64,000 nt of DNA, from the NCBI RefSeq assembly GCF_001194135.2, contig NC_069002.1, forward strand, positions 17,388,390-17,452,389, read 5' to 3'. Shown here one piece after another: positions 37,791 to 51,000 of this stretch. Positions within the stretch are counted from its first letter, which is position 1, and the number at the start of each line of letters is the position of its first letter. The stretch comes from Octopus bimaculoides. Its lineage: Eukaryota. The notes beneath the pieces were generated by a model. It worked only from the letters and a program-made list of their open reading frames with translations. It was not told where the DNA came from and made no database searches. A program made the position numbers and the translations under genes.

Positions 37791-39074
37791 CTGTTGCACT
37801 TCAGATACATATTTGTATCTGTACAGATATACATGCATATATATATACATATATATATTTGTATCTGTACAGATATACATGACACATGTATACATTCACA
37901 CATACATGCACACACCCACATCTACATGTACACATACATGCATATATGGGTACAGGACATCAAAAAAACGCTATGCATGTATATATGCAATGTGAGATAA
38001 TGGTTTCACTATCAATAGTGAAACTACTATCTCACATTACAATAGAGATGTTATTGTTTCACTTTTGACATGTAATACTGAAACAGTTTAAGAGATTGCT
38101 CTGGGCTCACATTAGGCAAGAAGTTGAAAATTCTTTTGGTCCATGACACTCCATGGATTCTAAATAGTGCATATGTAAAATTTGAATGAAATCGGTTGGG
38201 TAGTTCTCGAGTTTTAGTGATGCACACATACAGACACATAGACAAACAGACATTCTCAGTTTCATATATATAAATGTCTTTACAGTATATTTTTCTCTCA
38301 TGTATGTACACACACACACACACATGCACCCAAACAAATATGTAATTCAATATGTGTCAAGATTGGGGGCGGTAGAGAATGTGTTTAATTCTGTCACGGT
38401 ACATGTAACTTATGTTGTGTGACACTAAACGTTTATATAATCTTTATTGTGACCGTAAGTTTGAGTCAGTGATGTATATAACATTGCAGTTGTTGTGCTG
38501 GCATAGATTGTGGGGTGTATAGCTATGACAGCGATAAAATTGAAGGAGGCAATGGACGAGATAATTATTGCAGTGATAATGATGCTGTTTGATGGAAGAG
38601 TTGTGGTAGTAGGGTAATGATTACAGTAGAAGTAGTGGTGGTGGTCTTTGTGGAGTAACAGAGGTTGGGATGGTAGTTTGTATTGTGCAATGGTCCTGAG
38701 AGTAGCCATTATAATGGCGTAACTTTGTGGTGGTGATAGAGGTTACTTATATACTGGTGGTGGGGGTGTTTTAATTGATGGTGATAACAAATGGGTCTGT
38801 AATTGATCTGATGTTACATTCCTGGCAAGCATATTGATTATTTCTTTCTGTATTTTCATTTGAATATTATTAGGGCTCATAGAATAACAACAGCAACTTT
38901 TCATTCGACCAGAATATATGAAGACAACACTGCAAGGGTGAGGTAGGAACTGTCTGAACTAGTTAATCGATTCAACATCTCATTTGAACAAGCCTGCTCT
39001 GTCTCTTTACAGAGCTGGTGGATGAAGGGTTTTGGCACAAGGCCAGCTCGTGTATATCCATAGGAACATAAAGA

Positions 39075-39403
39075 GTAAAGACCCCTTTGGTCATGAATGA
39101 CCATAGGATTGCATCTAGAAAGTTACCCTCCGAAGCACTAGTCCAGGCAAGGTTGTTTATGGAAGACCAGCAGTTGCCCATGCATACCAGCCTCCTCTCT
39201 CCATGCCACTGATGTTATCCAAGGGATAAGGCAAAGGCCGATACAGCTTAGCACCAGTGATGTCACAACTCATTTCTACGACTGAGTGAACTGGAACAAC
39301 ATGAAATAAAGTGTCTTGCTCAAGAACACAACATACAGTCCAGGAATCAAACTCACTACAACATGATTTTAAGCCTGACACTCTAACCACTGAACCATGC
39401 ACC
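39075..39403 (-). mobile_element. SINE family C, full-length, upstream of the RING exon
   Basis: Reverse complement begins ggtgcatggttcagtggttagag and ends ggggtctttac. Confidence 0.9.
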
Positions 39404-39541
39404 TTCACACAAGAACATATTGTTGTTGAATATGTGCTTAACCCTTCAGCCTTGTTCTGCAAAACACATGCAATGTGAATACATGTCTACAGTCTATTTC
39501 ATTCAATCTCTTTATCTTTATCCTTTTTTCTTCTCTTGCAG

Positions 39542-39841
39542 GCTCCTCAGTGTGAACATGCATTCTGTTCTGTGTGTATCCACGAGTGGTTGACCAGACA
39601 GCCTACATGTCCTGTAGATCGTAACCCCATCACACCCAATCAATTGAAGTGCGTCCCCCGCATCCTACGTAACTTGCTGTCTCGACTGACCATAAGCTGT
39701 GAGAACGCCAACTACGGTTGCACAGCAATACTAAATCTGGACATGTTGCAGACACACCTCCAAGAGTGTGAACACAACCCAAAGAAACCAGTCCACTGCG
39801 AAGCTGGATGTGGACTTGTGGTGCCCATGGATGAATTCAAA
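39542..39841 (+). CDS. RNF41: RNF41/NRDP1 E3 ubiquitin ligase, coding exon (second half of C3HC4 RING plus SINA/TRAF-type Zn finger); first visible coding exon
   Basis: Acceptor ttctcttgcag at 39541, donor GTGAGT at 39842, 300 nt, phase 0-0. APQCEHAFCSVCIHEWLTRQPTCPVDR...CEHNPKKPVHCEAGCG matches the remembered NRDP1 sequence APHCEHAFCNACITQWFSQQQTCPVDR. Confidence 0.96.
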
Positions 39842-39987
39842 GTGAGTATTTAAAAAGGTTTTTTTTTTTGTATTTCTTTTGCTGGTTTCAGCTTTGCTGG
39901 GACACTGACCTTCTAGTTGATTTTAGCAAACTCCACAGGTACTTATTTTATCAATCTCTATTTATTGATTGGCTAAGTCCACCTGGC

Positions 39988-40311
39988 TTAGAGTGTCAGG
40001 CTCACAATCATGAGGTAGTGAGTTTGATTCCCAGACCGGGCTGTGTATTGTGTTCATGAGGAAGACACTTTATTTCACTTCATTTCACTCCAGTTCACTC
40101 AGCTATAGAAATGAGTTGCGACATCACTGGAGCCAAGTTGTATCAGCCTTTGCCTTTCCCTTGGATAACATCAGTGGCATGGAGAGGGGAGGCTGGTATG
40201 CATGGGCAACTACTGGTCTTCTATAAACAACCTTGCCTGAACTTATGCTTCGGAGGGGAACTTTCTAGGTGCAACCCCATGGTCATTCATGACTGAAGGG
40301 GGTCTTTACCC
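39988..40311 (+). mobile_element. SINE family C, near full-length, downstream of the RING exon
   Basis: ttagagtgtcaggctcacaatcatg...gggggtctttaccc; inverted relative to 39075-39403. Confidence 0.9.
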
Positions 40312-41399
40312 TAAGTCCACCTATGAAAGATAACTTAGCAAACTAAATGCCACAAACTGTATCAATATTTTAACATCCACTTTTCCATGCTTGCATGGGT
40401 CAGTTGGAGATCACTGAGGCAGATTTTCTATGGCCAGATGCCCTTCTTGTCACCAATCTTCACCCATTTCCAGGCAGGATAGTATTTCGCCATTGTTTTC
40501 ACAGAATCATCATCATCATTATACAGCCATTTTCCATGCTAGCATGTATTAGACAGTTTGGCAGGAGCTGGCTAAGCAGAAGACTGCACCAAATTTCACT
40601 GTCTGTTTCGGCATGGTTTTTACAGTTGAATGACCTTCCTAACACCAACTGCCCCACAGAATGGAAATAAATGATACTGCTCATGTGACAGTAACACAAC
40701 TATCTGAAAATGTCATCGCAAGGTGACCTGAACATGCATATACACAAAGTGGCAGATTGGGTCTAAAACTATTGGTTACCAGGAGACTAAGGGGGCCCAC
40801 CCTCAACTACAATGCTATCATTTATTTATTTATTTTGGTAAAAGGATTCTTTTCAACTGTCTACAAACACAGCCAGGCTGAAATAATGCATTCTTCCAGG
40901 AGTGAATAAAAAATTCTCAGACTTTAGGGGATGGGCCCCTTACATGCTAATATGGGCCCCCATATATGGATTCTAATGGCACAGTGGCCCACCCACTTGC
41001 CATCGGGCAAGCTGGCAACCTGGCTAGTCCACCACTGCACACACACACACAAAATGAGCTTCTATCCAGTTCCCATCCCCCAAATCCACTCACAGCTTTG
41101 GTCAGCCTGAGACCATAGTAAAAGACATGCTGTGGGATTGAATCCAAAACCATGTGATCAGGAAACAAACTTCCTAACCACACAACCATGCCTGCACTCA
41201 CTATGTGTATGTGGGTTTTCTGCATGTCTTCACATTGATATTGTTTGAGCAATGGTGCAGCTTGGCCTTGGTCTTGTTGTCCTTAACAATACACCCCATA
41301 GCTCAGCTGTTTTAACCCTTTCAACAAGTGAAAACAAAGAGAGTAAAAAGTACCTTATTTGAAAAGTAAGGGTTAAGAACAGGAAGGTCAGAGATTTGC

Positions 41400-42055
41400 T
41401 GGAAGGGGTGGTTGATTAAATCAGTTCCAATACTTGACTGATACTTTATCTTATCAGCCCAGAAAGGATGAAGAGGCAAAGTTGACTCCAGTGGAATTTG
41501 AACTCAGAATGTAAAGGATCAGAACAAATATTGAATTCAAATTTTGGCACAAGGCCAGCAAGTTCAAGGGAGGAATATAGTCAATTACATCAACCCCCAG
41601 TGTTCAACTGGTACTTATTTTATTGACCCCGAAAAGATGAAAGGAAAATTCGACCTTGGCAGAATTTGAACTCAAATTTCAGAAATACAATGGTAACAAT
41701 AAAATGAAAACATGGGGCCTTAGAAAGCGGAAAAGATTATAAACACGATTTCAATTTACCGAGCTCCAAGTTTCCATGACTTTAGAGTATGGTGGCCATA
41801 ATAATAATAATAGCACCCTAGTCATAACACCTACATGAACTTCTAACTTGTCTCTTGAAGTCTCTGGGTGAGACTTGTGCAAATCAACTTGCACAAAAGC
41901 CTAACATTTGATAATAATAAAACAGATTTTGATTTAGGCACAAGGCCAATACTCTTGAGAGAAGAGGGTTAGTGAATACCATTCACCCTAGTACTTTACT
42001 GGTACTTCATTTTATTGACCCCCAAAGGGTGAAAGGCAAAGTTGACCTTGGCAAT
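41400..42055 (-). mobile_element. SINE family B copies, minus strand
   Basis: Three copies near 41400, 41535 and 41930. Confidence 0.75.
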
Positions 42056-42419
42056 ATCTGATCTCTTAATATAAAGAATCCAAAGAAATATACAATGTGT
42101 TTTGGCTGATATACAAATGATTCTGTAACCTTATTAAAGCTTGTTGCCTTAATAATAACTAGCTGGACCTGTGAAAACTTCACAGTAAACATAAAAAATG
42201 TAAACATCTGCAAATTGTGTGCTGGTACCATGAGAAATGTTTCTATATTATGACACAGACTATAGAAAGAAGTGGTAAAACTGATAACTATATAATCCAA
42301 CCAAAATATCTCAGTTATACAAACGTAAACAGAATTACTATTTAGCCTCAAAATACATCGTACATATTCAGGGAGCCCTCTTGGTTTAGTGGTATGGAAT
42401 GTTCTTCTGATATTCTTTT

Positions 42420-42790
<371 letters not shown>

Positions 42791-43329
42791 AAAGTATAAA
42801 GTTGAATTTCGTGTAGCCATCAGTTGGCAATTTTCTCCCCCACCCATTTTGTAGGGGTATTACCCAATTTTCTGGGCTCTTTTCACAGTTACACCCCATT
42901 TGAAATTTGCATTAGTTTTTTTTATGAAAAAAATGGAAGGGAGCAGGGCTTGTTCGTAGAGGGAACACTAAACATGCCTGATAAAAAGAAACATGGCCTT
43001 TCCCCCCAACTAAAAGACATGAGGATCTATCAAACAAGATGAATGAGTACCGGGGGTGGGAGAAAAGAAGAGAGAACTAACACTCGATCTTTCTAGAACT
43101 CCCAGAATGAAAACCTAAACACCTGAAAGACTTTCCTTCTTCGTTGTTAAAAGTAAAGAAGCTAAAAATAAGATCCATCGTATTTCAGTCTAATTGTCAT
43201 TGTAAATGACTGAGGCCTTCATTGCTCCGTCTCTATCACTTCACTCTTTTTCTCTATGGTTAAGAGAGTGAAGGTGTGTGGCTCAGTGGTTAGGGATATT
43301 CGGCCTCTTGGGTCAGCCAAGATAGCTGA

Positions 43330-43860
43330 CCCATTAACATGCTAGACACAATGCTTAGTGGCATTTCGTTCATTTTTACATTCTGAGATCAAACTTTGCC
43401 AAGGTCGACTTTGCCCTTCATCCTTTTAGGATCAATAAAATAAGTACCAGTCAAGTACCGGGATCAATGTAATCAACTCCTTCCTTCCCCCAAAAGCTGC
43501 TGGCCCTCAAAAACTCTGCCAATGTTTGAAGTCATTATTATTTGGTGGAATCTGAGTTCAAATTCCACCAAGGTTGACTTTGCCTTTCATCCTTTCGGGG
43601 TACCAGTCAAGCACCGGGCTCAAAGAAATCAATTTAGCCCTCTCCCGAAATTGCTGGCTCTGTGCCAAAATTTGAAACCATTATTATTATTATTATTATT
43701 ATTAAGGCAGTAAGCTGTCAGAATCGTTAGTACATCAGATAAAATATTTAACAGTATTTTGTCTGTCTCTATATTCTGATTTCTAATTCCACAGGGGTCC
43801 AAATAAGTACCAGTTGAGCCCTGTGGTGGATGTAATCAACGAGTCTCCTCTTCTAATATT
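43330..43860 (+). mobile_element. SINE family B copies, + strand
   Basis: Three copies, one following (ATT)n at 43680-43702. Confidence 0.75.
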
Positions 43861-44049
43861 TTAGACCTTGGATTATTATCATCATCATTGTTTTGATTAT
43901 TCTATTGAACTAAAATTATCAAATGATTTAAGTTTATTGTTTCAATGAGTTTGGCTGTTTTTAAATTTAAAAGATTTTCATGAATTTATATATTAATTGA
44001 TTTATTTATACATTTATTTATTCTTGTTGATTCAATGATGTTTTGTTAG

Positions 44050-44181
44050 GACCATAATTGTGTTCGAGAACTGAGGAATTTGGTCCAACAACACCAACAG
44101 AAAATGTCCGAAATGCAAGTTGAGCTCATGGAACACAAATTACAACTGAAAGAACAGAAGCGAGAGATGCAGCAGCTAAAA
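44050..44181 (+). CDS. RNF41: RNF41/NRDP1 coding exon (coiled coil)
   Basis: Acceptor ttttgttag at 44049, donor GTAAGT at 44182, 132 nt, phase 0-0. DHNCVRELRNLVQQHQQKMSEMQVELMEHKLQLKEQKREMQQLK aligns to NRDP1 HNCIKHLRSVVQQQQ...EQKRDIQLLK. Confidence 0.94.
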
Positions 44182-44369
44182 GTAAGTCTTGAATTAAACT
44201 TACCGATGTCTTATTCCTTTCAGAATTTAAAACAATTTATAATAAATACATCTCTGCAACAGTAAGGAAGAAAGTCAAATATGTTACTTCTATATATATA
44301 TATATATGTGTATGTGTCTGTCTGTATGTATGTATGTATGTATGTATGTATGCATGAAGGGATGCATGC

Positions 44370-45400
44370 TGTTTTCACCATTAGGGTCTCCAGTGACCTG
44401 CTGGAGTATCATAATGAAAAAGAAGGTGAAAAGGGCTGGAACAAGGACACAGCTTTGTTTCACACCATTGCTAATAGGGAAGAGATTGTTGTTATACCTG
44501 ATCTAGCCCTGCTGGTTTTCATGCAGCTGGAGAATCATATTGAGGAATTTAAGGGGATATCCAAGATGCTCCATGATTTGCCATAGACCTTTTCTGCTCA
44601 CAGTGTTGAATGCTTTGGTGAGGTCAACAAAGGTGATGCAAAGTCCTTTGTTTTCGTCTTAGCACTTCTTTTGAAGCTGTCTGAGAACAAAAACTGTGTC
44701 AGTGGTGCTCCTCTTTGCTCTGAAGCGCCACAGGGGTTCTGGGAGGTTTTCTTCTGCAATGGTGAGCATTAGTCAGTTGAGGAGTAAATACTCTGGCAAG
44801 GATTTTGCCTACAATGGAGGGCAAAGTAATCCCCTTGTAGTTGGAGCTGTCAAGTTTTTTCCCCCTTGTTCTTACACATGGTGATGATGACAGCATCACG
44901 GAAATCTTGTGGTAACTTTACCCTGCTGTCTACAGCAGATGAAAAGCTCACAGAGTTTGGGGTACACTGCTGTGTCACCAGCCTTCTGTGTCTGTGATTG
45001 GATTTCATCCACTCCTGCTGCCTTTCCACTTTTTAGTTGCTCTATTGCTCTGGTCATCTCTGAGGAAATCTCATCTGGCTCTAACTTCAAAAGCTGCTCT
45101 AGAATATGAATCACTTCTAACTCTTGGACTGAGTGGTTGCCACTGTAGAGAGTTTGAAAGTGCTCTGACCACCAGGTTCAAGTTGGAGGCCTCTCGTCTG
45201 CACTGTGCATGCAACCATAAACAGCTTTTAGAGTTTCATGAAACTTATTTTTTGCCAGTATTCCAAAGATTGAAAACTGTTGGGTTGTAAGGAATAGAAG
45301 AGCAACTGTGCAAATGTGTTTCAACTGTATGAAAGTGTTTAGAGTGAGGCCTATACAAATCTGGTAACAAGCCATGACTATATGTGAGATGCAAGCTCCA
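44370..45400 (-). mobile_element. Decayed RTE (BovB-like) LINE reverse transcriptase
   Basis: RAIEQLKSGKAAGVDEI...NYKGITL..IVGKILAR...STTDTVFVLRQLQKKC...FVDLTKAFNTVSR...ISNGVKQSCVL; several frameshifts. Confidence 0.9.
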
Positions 45401-46108
45401 TTTTAAACTGTTAATGATTTTAAGTAATTAGTGCTAAATACTGCATTTTTAAAAAATCTGTTAAAGGGCCTCAGACTGGTGGATGGGAAGGAGGGAGGGG
45501 GGTATCCTTCAAATGGAAACCTGGCCTGAACGCTTGAAACAAATATAGACTTTGTTAAAGGAACCCAAGGCGCCAAAAGGTGGTATTAAATTATTCTGTT
45601 ATCCAGGGAAGCCATGGATGCAAAGGGTCAGAACAAATATTGCAAGATGTTTTCACAGGTTCTTCAATCCATTGTCTTGGATTGAGACTTTTTTATTGAC
45701 TTCAAAGGGATGAAAAGTAAAGCTAATCTAACAAGTCCACCAATTGGTTTGCACATGTACATGTAGTGTACTTAAATGAGTTACATATGTTCTTGTAGCG
45801 TATATGTAATTAAATGTAACAGAATACAACAAAACAAAAAAAATAAAGCAATTTATAAAAATAAGGCATTACTGAATAGTCCCTTTTTGAGGAGTAGGGC
45901 CCACAATTGTAGGCCCATATCAACTGACTCACCTGAATTCCCTGTTCTTTGGGCTCACAGAATTTTAGACCCATATCAGTGGACCTATGTGGATTCTCTC
46001 TGTTCTTGCCTGGTGTTTGATTGAATTTCGTTGAGTGCATCTGCTGTGTGGAGTTGAAAGCAAATGAGGCAATGAATGTAGAGATATTTATAGTGATCCA
46101 GAGGGGAA

Positions 46109-46445
46109 GGTGCATGACTCAGTGATTTAAGCATCAGGCTCACAATCATGAGGTAGTGAGTTTGATTCCTGGACCTAGCTGTGTGTTGTGTTCTTGAGCA
46201 AGACACTTATTTCATGTTGCTCCAGTTCACTCAGCTACAGAAATGAGTTGTGATGTCACTGGTGCCAAGCTATATTGGCCTTTGCCTTTCCCTGGGATAA
46301 TATCGGTGGCATGGAATGGGGAGGCTGGTATTCATGGGCAACTGCTGGTCTTCTATAAACAACCTTGCCTGAACTTTTGCCTCAGAGGGTAACTTTCTAG
46401 ATGCAATCCCATGGTCATTCATGATCAAAAGTGGTTTTTACTCTT
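46109..46445 (+). mobile_element. SINE family C, full-length
   Basis: ggtgcatgactcagtgatttaagc head to ggtcattcatgatc tail. Confidence 0.88.
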
Positions 46446-49106
46446 CAGAAGTAGTAGGTAGCAGGGTTAGGGACCAGAAAGAACATCAAAACTTTAAGAG
46501 TTGGGAGAACTTGTAGCTATTTGATGTCTGAAGGCATCTGTTTCTTGTTTGGTGGCAATCTTACTGGGTTTTTTAGTGCTCCATTTAAAGTCTACCAATT
46601 AGTGGAAGCCTTGTCTTGAGCTGCAGCATGTGGACCCCTTGGTGAGATTTTGGAGTTTCAAGCTTTGATTGTGTGATGATATGGACATCCCTAGTGGGAG
46701 AGGGTGGGAATGAAGCATGTTTGTTTCAAGAAACAACTGGCATAAGACTGAAAATTGTCCAGCTGGTACTTTCAAGTTAGCTAAACTTGAGTTTAGCTAA
46801 CTTGAAAGTATCAGAAAATTCAGGTATGACAGGAAGGTGTGAAGTATGATGTTTGGATGATCACACACACACACTGAAGCTAACAAAGGAGCCTGTATGT
46901 GGTTGCTCGACCTGTTAGAAACATCAGCCAAATCTCGCTTAAATTATACTTTATCATCTGAAAGGGAAGGACACATTGAATAAGCAACTTTATTGAATCA
47001 CAATTTAATTACAAAGAAACGGAAAGAGATAAAAAGTGGAGGGATTAAGCAGCAGAAAGTGGGGATACAATTTGCCATACACCCCAGAACAAATAGTGTG
47101 CTCAACAGTGCCCTGCAGTCATGACCACAATGGTGTTGACATGGAAAATGGTCAACAACACTTGCTGCACCAAGCACTCCACCTCACGGGGATCATTTCT
47201 CAGATAGGCCACCATTATCCCAATTTTGAAGAGGAAATACTACTAAGACATAATGGGTCATGATTGAACTGGAGAACTAAAAACAATAACAACATACACA
47301 GACCTTATGAGTGTCTAAACAACAACTAGATACTTGTTTACTAGTTTTCATTTTTGTTTAATTCATACTGACACAGCTCAATCAATCATTGATTAATTCT
47401 AAAGGCTCTCTATTCCCAGGAAACCTCTTCAAATTGAAATTGATTTCAACATTATGTTTTTTAGTTTCATTTTCCTTTCAATTTAAATTCACCTTAAACC
47501 TTTTGTTATCATATTTCTGTTGAAATACACTGTTTTTCTTAAATTAATTTTGAAAATAATGAAGACAACAGTAAAATATATTTTGTCATTAAGATGTTAT
47601 TTGGAACAAATCAGCATGAAATTAAAATAAGTTTTAATTTAGATTGGTGGGAGGTAACCATGTGTCTACAGCAAGGCACCTGTTTCCATCTCTCTGTCAC
47701 AACCTAACCATTCATCATCTGACACAAGATCACCTCCTCCAATGTTCCCTCCCCTCCCAAAGGATTCTTTGTCTTGGAAGTTACTTAGTGACCCTGCCAG
47801 TGCAGGTGACACTTAAAAAGCATCCAGTCCACCCTGTAAAGTGGTTAGCATTTGAAAGGGCATCCAGCTGTAAAAACTATTCTAAAACTGACCTTGCCTG
47901 TGCTGGTGTCACGTAAAAAGTAAGGGGTGGTTGATGTTAGGAAGGGCATCCAGCCATAAAAACTATGCCAAAACAGACAGAGAAATGTGGAGCGGTTTTC
48001 TGACTGGCCAGCTCCTGTTAAACCGTCCAACCCATGCCTGCATGGACAGAAGACATTAAATGATGATGTTGATCACTTTAAAGCAGGAAGTTTGTACTAT
48101 GAAACCAGGAAAAGCCTCAAGCAGTTTGGTGTTTGAACGATTAATCTTAACTGATGTCTTGCTCTGCACTGTCCATAAATCATATGTTAGCCATTTTGTG
48201 CTTTGTCTCTGGGAGAGGTGTGTAACTTTACTAGCTTTGTGCCTCACTAACAATGGGTTCTACTGCATGGCACCTTGGGTGAGTGTCTTCTACTATAGCC
48301 CTGGGCCAACCCAAGCCTTGTGACTGAATTTGGTAAATAGAAATTAAAAGAAGCCCAGCATGTATACCATCATCAGTTGTAATTCATATCTTAGTTGTAG
48401 ACCTGTAGCTATTGATTGAGACTCTTCATCTTGATGAGTGCAAGGAGTAGAGAACTCATTGTTCAAGCCACAGATGGCCTTCATGTGATTTTATTCTGGG
48501 TGAACCATGTGTTGGTCACAAGGTCCATACACTTGGTAACCCACCTTTGCCAGCAGCACCATTGGGATTGGTGACATGCTGGATTTGGTTAGGATGGTTG
48601 CAGTGGGCTGCCAGATGTCATTGACATAATCAAAATCCACCTTGTTCATGCTAGTCTGCATGGCAGCAGTGGTTTTATATCAGTTTCTTTCTCCTAGACA
48701 AACTGTGTGTTACTGTCTTTTTCTTTTGAAATCAAATGATAATTGTAAATGAGTGTTACTGTTCTACAAGCTTTGATCTTCATTCCAATTTTCCATGGAA
48801 ACATGTCTGGTCATGGGGAAACATCACAGGTGAATGTTGACAATAGGAAAGGCGTTCACCTATAGAAAATCCACCTCAACAAATTCCATTGAACCCTTAT
48901 GAGCATGGAAACTGGAAAAGTAGACATAATGATACAGCTGTAAAACAATTGCTTCACCAAAATCTGTTCCTACTGGGCTACTTTGGGGGAGGGGGAATTT
49001 TTTTTTTTAAATGGAAAAAGAATGCAGGAAAATAAGAGTAGAAAATGTGATTTTGATGATGATCTTTTTAATAATCTTGTTGTTGCCAATAAAACGTCAC
49101 TCTTTT

Positions 49107-49675
49107 CTAACCCTTTTGGATACCAACACACCTGAGACCACTTCTGGTTCTATGATACAAACCTCCTGTTTCAAAATGATCTGAATTAAAAAACCTTTCA
49201 TTAAAATTTCATATTAATTTATGCTCCAAATTCCAACTTAGTAATGACTCTAGCTTAGTAATGACTCAATGAATTCTTCATTATTTAAAAAATTCTTTGA
49301 ATCAAAGGCAATATATTTCAAAGGAAATATTGTAATGAAAGATTAAGGTGATGCTAATTGATTTGTAAATACGATATGGTACCTGTAGTGACGTTTTTAA
49401 ATTAATATAAACATTAATCAATATAATGGATGATCACTGTCTCTTTTAATCACCTCACCTATTTCTTAACTGTTTTGTAACACAATGCTTTTGTTTAATT
49501 TAGTTTTGCAAATAATGAAGAATTTAGTAAAATAAATCATTAATAAACTGGTGTTCAGAACATAAATTAACATGAAACTTTGATGGAAAGTTTTAATGTA
49601 GATCCCTTTAAAACAGTAATTTGCATCATAGAACAAGGGGCAGCTTTCAAACAGGTTGGTATCAAAAGGGGTTAA
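49107..49675. mobile_element. Two inverted copies of a (T)TAACCCTTTTGATACC MITE family
   Basis: Copies at 49107-49346 and 49466-49675; related pieces at about 47490, 48060, 62330 and 62790. Confidence 0.65.
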
Positions 49676-49782
49676 CCTCTCTTGAAACCATCTTTATTGA
49701 AACCTTATCTGTTGATTCAATTACTGTTCAGTTCTTGCTACCAACACTATCCAACATGTACAACCCATAACTCTCCTTGTAG

Positions 49783-49862
49783 GAATACATGCGCTGTATG
49801 AGGGTTTCAAACCCCCGGATTAGAGAGATGCAGTCAGAAATGGAAAATGCAGATGTTGTTAG
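49783..49862 (+). CDS. RNF41: RNF41/NRDP1 coding exon (80 nt)
   Basis: Acceptor ctccttgtag at 49782, donor GTAAGT at 49863. EYMRCMRVSNPRIREMQSEMENADVV(R) aligns to AYMRAIRSVNP...NEILE. The frame joins both neighbouring exons. Confidence 0.92.
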
Positions 49863-49959
49863 GTAAGTAATACATTAACGCAGACATCTTCCACATTGTA
49901 GAAGCATTGCACTGCTGCAAATTTTGCCTTAATCTGAAATTCTATAACATGAAATCTGT

Positions 49960-51000
49960 TTTTCTGTTGATTTGCATTGTGTATGGAAAAGAGTTACTTG
50001 TATCATGATGATTCACACTAGGTGTCAAAATGCCAACACTATGAGTGCTACTCAATGCTCTGTGAACACTGTAAAGGCTGTGAGATGTCATAGGAACAGC
50101 TACAACAGAGACAATGAAGCTGTGGCCAGTAGGAAGGGACACAGTAGGCATTCTAATTGCGTCTGCAGTTAGAATTCATCAAACAGCTGCAGGACAAGGT
50201 GATGGTAGATTTGAGCAAGGGAATCCAGGATCTGACAAGAGAGGTGGGTGTTAGAGTTGCCACCAAGATACTGGCTCTGAATTTGGACCTTCACTGCCAC
50301 TTGTACAAGGGGTGCAAGGGATAAATTCTGACAGTCAAGGCTAAAGACAATGAAGCCGCTTAACGAAGGCAAAGAAGCTAAGACATCCTGTTGAGCTGGG
50401 GGATGATTTGGTTCTTCTCAGATGAAAATAACTTCTAGCAGAACCTGTTGCACAACACCCAGGACAGCACGTGACTTACCTACAATCCATGTGATGTCCC
50501 ACATACCATGAAAACCAAGTTCTCCCAAACTGTGATTGTCTTTGGGTATACCTCCAGTGAAGGCTCTTTGAACGGAGCCTTAGGCTCAATTCAGATGGCT
50601 GTGTGAAGCTGCTGGAGACTGTGGTCAATCCCTGGCTGGAGAGGGTTGCTGCTGGAAGGCCATATGTGTAGCAGCAGCATTTGGTTCCTTGCCATACCTT
50701 CAGAAAAAGTCAGAAGTGGTTGTCAGAGAATTTCTGCGACTTCACCCACTACAATTTCTGACCCCCTGATTGTAATCCCATGGGTTACTATGTGTGGAGT
50801 ATGGTTGAGAAAAATACCAACCACTCTGATTGCAATACCAAGGCTGACTTGATGGCCAAGATCAAGGAGGTGCTCAAAGATCTTCCTAAGGACACACAGT
50901 ATGGAATGCATGCACCAGGTTCCAGAGCTATCTTGAGACCATAATGGAAGCTGATCGTGGCTACTGTAAGTAAACTGTTATCTCCCAGCCATAATCTACT
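49960..51000 (+). mobile_element. Decayed maT (DD37D-like) Tc1/mariner transposase, near full length
   Basis: CSVNTVKAVR...RKGHSR; WFFSDE; TKF..TVIVFG..SSEG; QQH..PCHT (D decayed); DCNPMGYYVW (D decayed); NACTRFQSYLETIMEADRGY. Spacing cannot be counted because of indels. Confidence 0.75.

Noticed and set aside
47030-47270. Possible LINE endonuclease remnant
   Set aside because: Only a faint resemblance with several stops; not supportable without a profile search.
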